A stretch of 64,000 nt of DNA, taken from the NCBI RefSeq assembly GCF_009914755.1, contig NC_060932.1; one strand, written 5' to 3'. Positions 14,412-29,160 of this stretch are shown piece by piece. Origin of the DNA: the human T2T-CHM13v2.0 reference genome, Homo sapiens. The translations under genes and the position numbers were made by a program. The notes under the pieces were generated by a model, which was not told the DNA's origin, did not search any database, and was given only the letters and a program-made list of their open reading frames with translations. How positions within the stretch are numbered: the stretch's first letter is position 1; each line of letters starts with the position of its first letter.

Positions 14412-15166
14412 AAAAGCAGTATTTCCTTAAAGAAATGAAGTATTCAAAAATCTCCTTGGTCTACGTTTCAAGCAAACCATGATGACTAATTTTCAGGCTG
14501 TACACATTGTGCTGGTTTTTAAGGTTATTCCTCAAGTTATAAAGGAAGAGAGAAACACATTTGGAGAAATAGATTTGAGGAAAATTGTAAGATATGAGTC
14601 TGAAGTCTAGTGAGATCTCAAGGGCATTTTCTGTGTTCCTAAAGTAACTGATCCTCTGTTCATATACCATCTCATAGGCCATGCCAACCTTGCAGTGGCC
14701 TTACCTCTGGCCTTGCATTTCAAATTTTCAACATAGCCACTATTCGCAGCCCTTCCCAGATAAGCTGAGACTGCCAAAAAAAAAGCACTTGCCCTTTTTA
14801 ACTACCTCAGACTAAAGGTGAGTTAATTAAAAATAGGATAGTTTTCCCCTCTTCCAATTTTCCTGCCCTTTTAGACAACTCAGGCAAAAACTACATTAAT
14901 TAAAAGAAGGTGGTTTCCACTCTTCTGATTTTCCTAGAGGTTAGAGAACTCCTTGTTACTCTATGTGACACTAACGAGGGAAGTTGTTTCTTCACCTATT
15001 ACTTCTTCCCGGTTGTACTAGGAGACAGAAATTTGTCCCTCCCCTATCGCACAAATTGCAATTCATCCACACCCTGAAAGATCCTGTTATATGTCCTAAG
15101 CACTCCTGACCCAGGATGAAAACTTGCAGGGATTCCAGCTTACCCTTGGCTCTTCCATAGGCATAC

Positions 15167-15592
15167 TGTGTGGTTTATCACAAAAAATAATCACAATTTT
15201 TTCCCCTTCCTATTTGCTCCCATTGGTAGTGACATTCGTACTGTTTGAGCTATCTTCAATGACTTGCTTTAGCAAATGGTATATTAGGAAATGTGACAGG
15301 AAGGGAGCCTTAAAAAGCTTTGTGCACTGGGGCTTTCTCTTGGTGTCCTGTGCCACTGGGAAGAGCCCAGGCTGCTCTTCTGGATGATGAAAGGTACGTG
15401 GCCCAGTCATGCCAATCACCCCAACTCATAGCCAGGCCCATCCCAGAAGCAGAGAGGCTGGGGTGACTACAGTCACATGTGTGAGCCCAGCTGAGCAGCC
15501 TAAATTGCCAACACCCAGAATCATAAAATAAATGGTGGTCATCTTAAGTTTCTAAGTTTTGATGTGGTTTTTGCACTTATGTAACTGATACA
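15167..15592 (+). mobile_element. MLT1G/H-type MaLR solo LTR
   Basis: tgtg start, tgacttgctttagcaaatgg, gagcccagctgag, aataaa, end taactgataca. Confidence 0.75.
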
Positions 15593-16135
15593 AAACGCTG
15601 TCACTGGATGTTGGCAGATGGAGCACTAGAGTCATGTGACTCAGGCTACCCAGCAGTTTGTGATGCCTCCCTTTAGCTGCTTTAAGTCTCTGCAGTGGCC
15701 GTGACCAGCTGAGGCACTGCTAGCTTATTTCTCCTCTTTGGGGTACTGTCCAACCCTCTTGTGACCCCTCCTCCTCACTAAGAAGAGAAACTATAAAACA
15801 AAGACTATGAATAGACAAGTTGGGACCGCAAAATGAACCATAACTACAGAAATGAGAGTAGCCATATGGAAACTGGAAACAAATACGAAAACTTAAAGGA
15901 GCATAATGATTCCAGACCACTGGTCCATTTAACTTAAAAAAAAAGATGATTCTGATGGTGGTTGAATTGTCTAATCATAAAAAAAGATGGGTATCTCTCC
16001 AGTTAATTGTAAAATCTTAGAGTAACAGCAAAATCATAATCAATAAAATATAGACTTTTAAAATAATTATACTTTACATTGCAATTGTTGATCAAATATT
16101 ACCAAGTAGAATCCTGCAATGTATAAAATGATGGT

Positions 16136-16566
16136 TGCGTCAGTTTCCAAGGACTACCATAACAAAGTACCACAAACTACATAGCTTTATTTAACAAAAA
16201 TTTGTTCTTTCTGAATTGGAAGCCAGAAGTCTGAAATCAAAGTGTCAGCTTTGTGAAGGCTATAGGGGAGAATCTGTTGCATGTCTTTCTCTCATCATCT
16301 GGTATTTCTGTCAGTCCTTGTCATTACTTGGATTATAGATGCATCATTCCAATCTCTGCCTGTCTTCACATGGTGTTCTCTCTGTGTGTCTATCTCTCCT
16401 ATTTATTTCATAAGGACATCAGTCAAATGGGATTAGGGCCCACACTGATGATCTCATCTTAACTTGGTTATGTCTGCAACCCTATTTCTAAACAATGGCA
16501 AATCAACAGGTACTTGGGTTTGAACTTTAATATGTCTTTTAGAGGGACACAATTCAACCCATGAAA
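16136..16566 (-). mobile_element. MLT1C-type solo LTR
   Basis: ccataacaaagtaccacaaact...gggacacaattcaaccca; perfect 5-bp TSD atggt. Confidence 0.85.
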
Positions 16567-16691
16567 ATGGTATTAGAGCTAAAAGGTTTAATTCAGCAGT
16601 GGAAAGGTAGTTCAGTATTAGAAAATATAACCAAAAGTTCTTATAACAAAATTAAGATTATTTGGTAATGTAAATAAATGCTGAAAGAGTA

Positions 16692-17855
<1,164 letters not shown>

Positions 17856-18957
17856 AGTAATTATTATAAATAAGAATATTTCTTATAAAATCTCTCAGAA
17901 AAACAAGAGGAGCAAGTTGCTAAAGTATGCTAAAAATATTTTTACTATGTTAACCACAGATGATATTCGAAATAATGTAACACTAAAAGTATTTCACTAA
18001 AATCACAGTGCAGAAAGCAGTGGCCTCCAACACTGTTAACATTTATTTAAAATGATCATGAAGGTACCAGTGGATTTAGCATGAGAAAAAAAATGAAGAG
18101 TTGGAATAAGTATTGTAAAAGAAGAGAGAGAGAGATTTTTTTTTTTTGTTGATGATATGTTTGCATATCTAGAGATCACATCCAATTTTAAAACAAAAAG
18201 ACAAAAGGACAAAACCTAAAATAAAAGAGATTTTGATAAGCCACCTCCCTGAAGCAGAGCCTCCTGGGTGACTGAAGTAATGTGTGAGCACAGCTGAGTC
18301 CAGCAGAAGAACCACTCGATTAAGCCCAGTCTAATTAATATACAATATTATACTGTACAATATACAAATATCAGTACATTTTGTTCAAACTAATAATAAG
18401 TACTTGGAGACGGAGATGAAAGAAAACCCCATTTCATTCACAACAGTTATAGGGATTTACATTGAAAAACTATAAAATAACACTGAAGTACATAAACAAG
18501 GTTTGAAGGAACTAGAAAGATATATATGTTCTCATAGCAGAAGTGTTATAGTGTGTTATTTCTCCTAAAATTTATAATGCAATTCCAATTAGAACTCCTC
18601 AAAATGATTCTTTTTGGCATGAGACAAATTATTTTATAGTTCATATACTAAAAGGGTAAATGCTCAACCATAGTAGATGAAAAGAAAGAACAGTAGAAAA
18701 GACTTTCATTACTAGATATATGAAAAAATAATCCACTTTAATAAAATCAATGCATTATTAGCATTAACATAGATACTAGATCAACAGAACAGACAATTCA
18801 ATCTCTCTCTCTCTATATGTATGTCATATATAACAATAGCATTACATTGTTTCAAAGAGAAAAAAATTGATATACAATGATGATACTGGCACTACTAGAT
18901 CTCCATTTAGAAGAAAATAAAGGTAGTTTCCTATCATGTTTAAATATATGAATGTAG

Positions 18958-19100
18958 GAAGAGGATGAGAAAAAATAACTAATGGTTACTGGGCTTAATA
19001 TCTGGATAATTAAATTATCTGTGCAATAAGCCCCCATGACAGGAGTTTACCTATGTAACAAACCTGCACTTGTACCCCTAAAATTAAAAAAGTTAAAAAA
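18958..19100 (+). mobile_element. Short L1P (L1PA15/16- or L1PB-like) 3' end
   Basis: gtttacctatgtaacaaacctgcacttgtacccctaaa plus A tail. Confidence 0.75.
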
Positions 19101-19459
19101 GATACAAATATAAAATATAAAACAGCAATAACAAAAATACCTCTAGTAAAAAATCTTGGAACTCTATTTCTACTATCTAGAGGAGAGGATCCTTGTTAAT
19201 TAAGTCAAAAATCCAGAAGTTCTAAAAGATGAATAACTATAAACAACTGAAGTATAACGTTTGTATTGAAAAAGATGCCATGTTTCTATAAACAAATGGA
19301 ATTTTCCTACATACAATGAAATGAAAGTTTGTATGGATAAAAATTAAGTTTGTATGAAGAATAAAATAAAAACAGAAAAACAAATGTAGACAAATATTTG
19401 TTTAAAAATTATTAAAATGGATAATTAAAAATTAAAATATTTAATTAAAATTTAAAATA

Positions 19460-19550
19460 CTATATAGCACATTTGACATGCGAAGCAGTATTCTAAGCTC
19501 TCTACCTGTATTATATCATTTATTCTTACAACAATCCTTTTAGGAAATTA
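19460..19550 (-). mobile_element. MIR fragment
   Basis: ttctaagctctctacctgtattatatcatttattcttacaacaatcc. Confidence 0.6.
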
Positions 19551-19555
19551 TTAAT

Positions 19556-20270
19556 TGTCTTAGTTTGGGCTGTTGTAACAGAATATTATAGATTGGGTGG
19601 CTTACAAATAACAGAAATTTATTTCTCACAGTTCTGGGGGCTAGAAGTCTGAGATTGGGGTACTAGCATGGTTGGGTTCTGGTAGGGCTGTCTTCTGGGT
19701 TGCAGACTGTCAATTTCTCCCTGTGGTCCTCACTTGGAGGAGAAGGGCTGGCTAGCTGTCTTGCTTCTTCTTATAAAGAAAGGCACTAGGCCAGGCGTGG
19801 TGGCTCACACCTTTAATCCCAGCACTTTGGGAAGCTGAGGCAGGCAGATCACCTGAGGCTGGGAGTTCAAGACCAGCCTGATCAACATGGAAAAATCCCA
19901 TCTCGACTAAAAATACAAAAAATTAGCTGGGCGTGGTGGTGCATGCCTGTAATCCCAGCTACTCGGGAGGCTGAGGCAGGAGAATCGCTTGAACCCAGGA
20001 GGCGGAGGTTGCGGTTTGCTGAGATCACATGCTGTTGCACTCCAGCCTGGGCAACAAGAGTGAAACTCCATCTCAAAACAAACAAACAAACAAACAAAGA
20101 AACAGAAAGGCACTAATCCCATTCATGAGGGCTCCACCCTCATGACCTAATCACCTCCCAAAGGCCCCACCTCCTAACACCATCAAATTGGGATTAGCAT
20201 TTCAACATAAGATTTTTGTGAGAAAGATTTTTGGGGGAGACATGGGGGCAAAAACATTCAGTACATTGCA
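19556..20270 (-). mobile_element. MLT1A-type solo LTR, split by an Alu
   Basis: tgtcttagtttgggctg...aaacattcagtacattgca; TSD ttaat/ataat. Confidence 0.85.
19789..20103 (+). mobile_element. AluSp-like
   Basis: gcaacaagagtgaaactcc; (AAAC)n tail; perfect 12-bp TSD agaaaggcacta. Confidence 0.93.
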
Positions 20271-20734
20271 ATAATCCTTTTAAAGCCATTTACAATATTA
20301 CTCCTCTAATCACAAAACTTCAATGACTGATGTGGCTCTCCACTCCTCCACAATGAAATGTAAAGTTATGCTAAAATTCAAAGCACTTTACAATGACCCA
20401 GTTTCCCTTTGTGGTCTTGTCTCCAACTATTCCCTTCCATGAACTGACTAGGAGGTTTCCCGTCTTTATGTCCTTACTTCCGTGGTAAATTCTGCTTGGG
20501 ATATTTTCTTTTCTAACTTGAAATCAGATGGTTTTCTCCAGCTCCACTTTCTCCTTGTCATCTTTCCTGATCTCAGATCAGATGTAATCTCCCCTATATT
20601 CAACCCCTTTAGGACTATTTTGATGCTTTTCCGTGTACACATAGCAAATTCCCTACTGCTCTTTGATAACAGAAAATATATTTTACTTATCTCTGAAGTG
20701 AAGCAAAAATATATATATTTTAATATTTTATCTT

Positions 20735-20967
20735 GTATAATTATAAAATAATTATAAAATAATAATTATAATATATTATAATTATAAATTATAAAATAAT
20801 AATTATAATATATTATAATTATACATTATAAAATAATAATTATAATATATTATAATTATAAATTATAAAATATAATTATAATAATTAGAAAATTATAAAA
20901 ATAATTATAAAATAATATAATTATAATAATTATAAAAATTATAAAAAATAATTATAAAATAATAAAA
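20735..20967. repeat. AT-only minisatellite, 37-bp unit x3.3 plus degenerate flanks
   Basis: Unit attataaaataataattataatatattataattataa at 20751, 20788 and 20825. Confidence 0.92.
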
Positions 20968-21551
20968 GTTACATAAAGGAAGTACTTAAAATACATGTTA
21001 CCAATATTCCTAAGGATATTAGGAATCAGGAGCCTATCATTCTATGTCACATATCTGCTTGTGTGGATTTTGTCAAGACATTAAACAGGTTTAGGTCGTT
21101 TTCTCCATCTGTGAATGGAATAAAAATCTGAGCACTGTCTTTGCTATATACAGTGCTACTGTAACACTTCGTGACTCTGCTTTGTAAATGGAGAGTGATT
21201 TGAAAATACAAACATTTTATGATAGATAAGACTAGCTGTTTTCTAACACTTAGTATTCTGCAAGATGTTAATGTTACTTTATTTAAATAAAAGGCGAATA
21301 ACTTGCTCATCTACATTTGATAAATGCCAAATTTCATTTCTGGAAAATCACAATCCATTATACTTTATTAAAGAGTGTAAATTTGTTCATTAAAAAGACC
21401 TGCCTAACTTTTTGTAATATTGTGTTTACCAAACTTATTTAACAAAGAGATGCCTCTCATCTTTTTTTTTTGAAACAGTAGTATCCATTAATCCTTGGAA
21501 GAATTAATGCTACCCCATAACCTACAGTGAGCAATTTGGAACGAGACACTA

Positions 21552-21946
<395 letters not shown>

Positions 21947-21948
21947 TC

Positions 21949-22329
<381 letters not shown>

Positions 22330-24104
22330 CTACATACTATGCTGGAGCGGTAATTTCCTCAATGTTACCCCTGTGGCCACAAGGAGTCAATACTTCGCTC
22401 AACATAGTTAATTCACCCCCTGAATGTAATTTACACAATGGGGTAATATAGGTGAATATATAGTTCTTTCTGGCTTTACTTAAATTTATAAAACTAAATG
22501 ATTCACAAAGGACAAATTATCAAGCTGTATAAGCTAGCAATCATCCATTTAGTGCAGAGTTCTTTTAAAAACAATTTTTGACGGTAAATAGTATTACAGC
22601 TTTTTGAAGCACACATAAAAATATGATCTTATAAGACTTCTGAATTACTTTTTAAAAATCCCATTATTTTTATTCTGTACATTGGACCCATCTTAATGAT
22701 ATTTAAACCTTAGGATTCGATCGGCTTCTTCCAATTCACATGTGGGAAGAAAATTAGAAACCTATTTGTTTACATGGAGTTGCATAGATGGATGGTTTAA
22801 GTTTTCTTCTGTACCTAAGGGTATGGCAAAGATATAAACATGGGAGAAAAGTATATTTATGTGAAAAAAAAATCATACAATGGAGCTTTTTGTTTTATTT
22901 CACCTTCCACTGTACCAAAATATAAACTTCAAATATCTCATTTTTTTTCAGTTTTCTTAAAAGGAGTGGTAATCACTGTTTCGTCGTATTCAGGAATACT
23001 CTTTTAACAGTGTGTTTTTTCACTCTTTTTCTGCCTCATCTCTGTGGAGGCATACTCAGACTCCCAGCATTAAAAGTCATTGATTAGTGTGGAGATTTCA
23101 GACACAAACCTGAATGCTCTTTATTGAAGCTTATCCAAATACTGAGGGAAGCCTAAGGAGCTGGAGAAAGCCTCACTGCTGATTCTCATTTGCCTGCTGG
23201 AAGTTTGAGCTCCTCCTTAGGGCATTTGATACACTGCCACTGTGGAAAATCACAGCTTAAAAGAAGAGTGTCTCTCTGTGGGAATGGTGCTCAATACATA
23301 TTCATTGAATGCATAAATGATGTTCTGCTTAATCACATATGACTGCTTTCCTATCCTATTTCAAAACAACAACCACAAAACACCTTCACTCTCTGTCCTG
23401 CTTGGTGTTAGGACAAGTCAGATGTCCTTAGACTATCATGAAAGGTCTTTCTTAATGTGGATTTTTGATATTTTGGCCATATGATGGAGAAGAGAGGAGG
23501 AAGGAAGGGATGGCACATTAAGCAGAGTTATCTAAAAGTGACCTTGTAAGTTCATGCAGGGTTTCCTGGACAATGAGGTGGTTAAGACCCGAGCTGTCTC
23601 TTTTCCTAGAGCAAAAGGGCTAAATCCAAGCAACTCAGTCCCCACAAACCTTCACCTCCAGGAGCAGGAGCTTCCTCTCTGTATATTTTGCCCCCAGCAG
23701 AGAGGACTGGTATACCAAGGAATGCAAGCTCTCCAAGAACAGGGCAGTAGGTGATTCCAGAAAACTCTTACAAATAGCTTGCCTGGCACAACGCAGCCTG
23801 TTTGTTTCTTCATTGTCGTGACTCCTTTCCTTAGAAGAGAGATCCATGGTGGGAGGATTCTTGTAATGCATTAGAATGCTTTGTTTGTCTCTCAGAAATT
23901 ATGGCTCTGGCAAGCCTCTCCAACTGATGATAGAGAGGTCAAGAAATCAAGTATATTTCTGCCCTGACTCTGGCCTTCTGAATGATCTCTCCCCCTAATG
24001 AAACTCATTTCTCACCCATGTATTGTGATACTGTGGAGAAACCCAGAAAGGACTTCAATCCATAACAAACAAAATTCAAATCATGAATAAAAATCCACAT
24101 GGAC

Positions 24105-25158
24105 TGACTAAAACACCAAAAGCAATGGCAACAAAAGCCAAAATTGACACATGGGATCTAATTAAACTAAAGAGCTTCTGCACAGCAAAACAAACTATCA
24201 TCAGAGTGAACAGGCAACCTACAGAATGGGAGAAAATTTTTGCAATCTATCCATCTGACAAAGGGCTAATATCCAGAATCTACGAGGAACAAATTTACAA
24301 GAAAAAAACAAAAAACCCCATCAAAAAGTGGGCAAAGGATATGAACAGACACTTCTCAAAAGAAGACATTTATGCAGCCAACAAACATATGAAAGAAAGC
24401 TAATCATCACTGGTCATTAGCGAAATACAAATAAAAACCGCAATGAGATACCATCTCACACCAGTCAGAATGGGTATTATTAAAAAGTCAAAAAATAACA
24501 GAGGCTGGCAAGGTTTTGGAGAAAACTGAAGGTTTTAACACTGTTGGTGAGAGTGTAAATTAGTTCAACCATTGTGGAAGACAGTGTGGCAATTCTTCAA
24601 GGATCTAGAGCTAGAAATACCATTTGACCCAGCAATCCCATTACTGGATATATAGCTAAAGGATTATAAATCATTCTACTATAAAGACACATGTACATGT
24701 ATGTTTATTGCAGCACTATTCACAATAGCAAAGACTTGGAACCAGCCCAAACACTCATCAATAATAGACTGGATAAAGAAAACGTGACACATATACATCA
24801 TGGAATACTATGCAGGCATAAACAAGGATGATTTCATGTCCTTTGCAGGGACATGGATGCAGGTGGAAACCATTATTCTTAGCAAACTACCACAAGAAAA
24901 GAAAACCAAACACCGCATGTTTTCACTCATAAGTGGGAATTGAGCAATGAGAACACATGGACACAGGGAGGGGAATATCACACACTGGGGCCGGTCGGGG
25001 GCTGGGGAGCTGGGGAGGGATAGCATCAGGAGAAATAGCTAACGTAAATGACGGATTGATGGGTGCAGCAAACCACCATGGCACGCATATAGCTATGTAA
25101 CAAACCTGCACATTCTGCACACGTATCCCATAACTTAAAGTATAATAATAAAAAATTT
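24105..25158 (+). mobile_element. 5'-truncated L1PA (about L1PA7/8)
   Basis: ORF2 C-terminal peptide [28 protein letters not shown] (ORF 24083..24403), 3' UTR G-tract and A tail; TSD-like aaaaatccacatgga / aaaattccacttgaa. Confidence 0.92.
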
Positions 25159-26734
25159 TAAAAATTCCACTTGAAATTTATGTGTGGAATAAAGGTATAA
25201 TTCAGAGCAAACTCTAGAATAAAAGAAAATAAGGGTTGGATAAACAAAATTTCAGAAATAAGAGGCACAGCTAAGTACAGAACTTTGTAGACACAATGGA
25301 AGAGGCTGGCTCCAACTGAAAAGGAGATATAGATAATCCATCTAAATTCTCACAGAGGAACAGGCAGAACAGGCGAGACATGGATAGGAGAGATCTGAGG
25401 AGTCTGTCTGTCTTTGGTTAGGAAGACCTGAAATTTAAAATCCGATGAAGCAGTAGAAGTCTTCTTGAGAGAAACCCTGGGAAAAGTTTTGCTTCCCCTT
25501 CTTCAAGCCCAATAGCAAAAATATGCCTTCACTCAAACCATCCTAACACAATTATGTAAGCTAACTAAATTAATAACAATACCACATTCTTATGGGACAG
25601 GGTTTTTATCGGCAGTGAGGTCCACAAAGAAAGAATTAGTAGCACCAACATCCTGTCTCCTCGGTCTCTGAGTCTTTTCCCTGAGTTGGGATTCAAGATT
25701 TATGCCCTTAGGTTGATTACGACTGTTGATGATAACATTGGTGGTAACCCCTTTCGAACCCATACTGATGTGTTCTTTGGGTGCTTTTTAAATGGGGAAA
25801 CAAGAAGTCCACTAGGTTTCAGAAGCTCGTAGATAAAAGCAGGATATGCATTGCCTATGACTAAAGTCTAATCTATAACTTCTCCATTCTTCCTATCATC
25901 GGAAACTATCGTTTTCTTTTCCCTGCTAATTTGTCCCAAGAGTACTATATCAGAAACAGGGCCTGAACTTTTAATGGATCAGTTGCTTTTATATTTTCTT
26001 AATTACAGAAAAATTGAATACTACAAAACAAAATGTATTGTTTAAAAATGCTCATACATACTGTTGCTATCTCTGTTATCTTAAAAGCCGTATATTAATT
26101 TAAAAAACAACAGGATACATTATTTATACTCTCTCTCCCTCTAGCATAGTAGGGAGGAAATATTTGGAACCAGTTCACTTAGGAGTTTAGAAAATGTTGC
26201 ATCAACACTTTCATCCTTGGTCTTGGGTCTAGATTTCACCCACTTCTGAAGTGCTTGACATTGGAAGATACAAAAAGGGAATGAGGTGAGAAAAATCCTT
26301 CCCCATGTAAGGGAGGGGGAGTTTTCAAAAGAAAGAAGTAGGAAACAGTGGAGTAGGAGCTTTGAAAGAGGTGACTGAGTGGTTAGGAAGGGCGATATGT
26401 ATAAGGCTTCTCCCATCAGGCACCAGGCAACCATTTCAAATGGTTTCTGACATACTTTCTTGGATTTTCGCAATTAGAAAGCTGAAGAAAAAAATCTACT
26501 TCTGAGATATCCTCATTGGTAAGGTCCTGTAGGTAATTTAATCATGTGAATTTCACGAATGGAGTTATAGGGAGTAAGAGAAAAGATGTGAAGTGTCCCT
26601 TAAGCTAGAGGGAAATGCTTTTGGAGCCAAGAGTCATTGTAGAAACCTGATGATGTGGCTGGTCATTGCCTGCTTTGGCTGTGATTTGATCACGGCAATA
26701 GGTGATATCATTCTAGACCTAGCACCTGTGCTGG

Positions 26735-26932
26735 AAGTGAGCTTGCAAGTGAGCCCTTTTCCAGTTGAGCTTTGAGATGAATGCAGCCCCAGGCAAGACC
26801 TCAATTGCAGCCTTGTGATCCTAAAGCAGTGGATTGTGCTAAACTTACAGAAACGGTGAGATAACAAATGTTCCTGTTTTAAGCTTCTAAATCTAGGGGT
26901 AATTTATTACACAGTAATAAATAACTGAAACA
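26735..26932 (+). mobile_element. MLT1D/E-type LTR 3' part
   Basis: ttgcagccttgtga...acagaaacggtgagataacaaatg...ttttaagc...taactgaaaca. Confidence 0.6.
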
Positions 26933-27370
26933 TTTCCTCTCTCAGCTTCTGGCCCTGCAAGATGGATGGCCACCAAAAGATAGGGAAGACCTAGATCTCT
27001 GCATCACTGTTTAGACAAAAGCTATCAGGCCAGGAACACCTATTTTGGACTTATAGTTGACTGAGGATTTACTTTTAATTGTTTAAGCCACTGACATTTT
27101 GGGGTGGATAAATTGAACAGATAGAATTAATTGCCTTAATAATACAATCTACTTTCCCTTAGTTATTATTTCCTCGGTTTTTCAAAGGGGTTCATTTTAA
27201 TGTTTTCCATTTTTTTATTCTCTACTGTTTTGCAAGTTTGACATTCCACTTCTCTTTTTCTTAGTGCTTGTTCTTAACTTTTTAACACACATATGTGATG
27301 GGTCATTGAATAAGCAGGAATCAGAAATCAACTTTATATTTGTCTTTTCTGCCAATTAAACATTGATGAG

Positions 27371-27882
27371 CTCTCTTCCCTGGTGCTGCCAACCGAGGTG
27401 CAAGCCATCTCCTACTTGGCATCAGACCAAATGTAGATTCCTCCTAAAGCCCAAGATAGTAAAAAAGAGGACCAAGAAATTCATCTGGCACCAGTCAGAC
27501 GGACAGGTCCAAGTTAAGTGTAACTGGTGGAGACCAAGAGGTATTGATGACAAGGTGCAGAGAAGATTTAAGGGCCAGATGTTGATGCCCAACTTTGGTT
27601 ATGGAGGCAACAAGAAAACAAAACACATGCTGCCTAGTGCCTTCCGGAAGTTCCTGGTCCACACTGTCAAGGAGCCACAAGTGCTGCTGATGTGTAGCAA
27701 ATCTTGCTGCACTGACATTGTTCACCATGTCTCTTCCAAGAACTCCAAAACTGTCTTGGAAAGAGCAGCCCATCTGGCCATCAGGGTAAACAATCCCAAT
27801 GCCAGGCTGTGCAGCAAAGAAAATGAATAGACAGCTTATGTGCATGTCTTTTTATGCTTCAAAATCAAACCATAAAAACTGC
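27371..27882 (+). pseudogene. RPL32P: RPL32 (eL32) processed pseudogene, full length from the 5'TOP
   Basis: 5'TOP ctctcttcc and 5' UTR; intronless [15 protein letters not shown]...RPRGID...[23 protein letters not shown]...ENE, stop 27828-27830; 3' UTR to aaaaactgc. Native ATG lost; many Arg>Trp/Cys/Gln CpG-type changes. Tail remnant and TSD (aaacattgatgag / aaaaaatgatgac) displaced to ~28946-28971. Confidence 0.96.
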
Positions 27883-28940
27883 TGATATGGTTTGTGTGTG
27901 TGTTCCTGCCCAAATCTCATATTGAAATGTAATTCTCAATTTTGGAGGCATGGCCTGGTGGGAGGTGATTGGATCATGGGGGCAGTTTTCTCATGAATGG
28001 TTTAGCACCATCCTCCTTGGTACTATCCTAGTGATAGTGATATAGAAGATAGAAAGAAATTATTTAGGCAGATAGTGAGGGCAAAAGAGTCCGCGGCAAA
28101 ACTTCCCTTTTAACAAAAAGCAGCCCTAGAAATCATTTTTTGTTTCTAACAAAGAGCAGCTGGAAAGATCAAGCTGCAAACGTAGATAAGGAAGCTGGAA
28201 GCTTGCACAGGGGAATGACGGCAGCTGTGCCAATAGAAAAGGGCTACCGGGGGCCAGGCATGTCCACCATGGAAGTTGCATCCTTCTTTTTTTTTGTTAG
28301 CATGTGCAGAGTAAGAAGGAACTCAGCAACATGGAGAAACTCAGGCAGGTAATCTACCTGCATAATAAAAGATTGGGGTGGGGGCTGACAGAGATTTGCA
28401 CCCTATACAGATGGCACACCTAGTCCTAACCAGTTTATCATGCATTATGTAGATCAGACAACAACCACCCCCCCAACTAGCTCATCTATAACCCCTGCCC
28501 TGCATTTCACTGCACATTGGCAACCCGTTTTTCTGGGACCCCTCTCTGTAGCAGAGAGCTATTCTCTTTCCTTCACCTATTAAGCAGCTTAGCCTCACGC
28601 TTTTTGTGTCCACGTCCTTGATCTCTGTGCCGTGAGACAATAAACCTTGGGTGTCACCCCAGACAAGGAGGCTGCATCAATAGTGAGTGAGTTCTTGTCA
28701 GAGCTGGTCATGTAAAAGTGTGTGACATCTCTCACCTTGCTCTCTTGCTCCTGCTTTTGCCATGGGATGTGCCTGCTCCCCTTTTGCCTTTGGCCATTAT
28801 TGGAAACTTCCTGAGGCCCCCCCAGAAGCAGATGCCACTATACTTCCTGTACTACCTGCAGAATCATGAGCCAATTATCTCTTATAAATTACCCAGTCCC
28901 AGGTATTTTCTTTATATCAATGTGAGAACAGCCTACTATG
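27883..28940 (+). mobile_element. MSTA solo LTR at the pseudogene 3' end, split by a MER50-like LTR
   Basis: tgatatggtttg...gagaacagcctactatg; perfect 5-bp TSD actgc (27878-27882, 28941-28945). Confidence 0.9.
28038..28679 (+). mobile_element. ERV1 solo LTR (MER50-like)
   Basis: tgatatagaagatagaaagaaattatttaggcagatagtgaggg...gctgcatca; perfect 4-bp TSD atag. Confidence 0.82.
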
Positions 28941-29094
28941 ACTGCCCCCACCCCAACAAAAAAATGATGACATGAGCAAAGTTCACCCTTAGTACTAGAT
29001 AAGAGTGCAGGCAATTCATGACGTGTCTGGTAACTCTTAGATAATATGATGTCTTATACCTACTTTAAAGTAAAACAGAACAAAAATAGGAAAG

Positions 29095-29160
29095 GGCCTG
29101 GCATGTGTACCTTTACCAAGCTCCCCAGATGACTCTAATTCACCCAGAGTTTGGGAACTA
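29095..29160. mobile_element. MER5-type DNA transposon fragment
   Basis: aagctccccagatgactctaat...agtttgggaacta. Confidence 0.55.

Noticed and set aside
27495-27845. 116-aa - strand ORF
   Set aside because: Antisense shadow of the RPL32 pseudogene.
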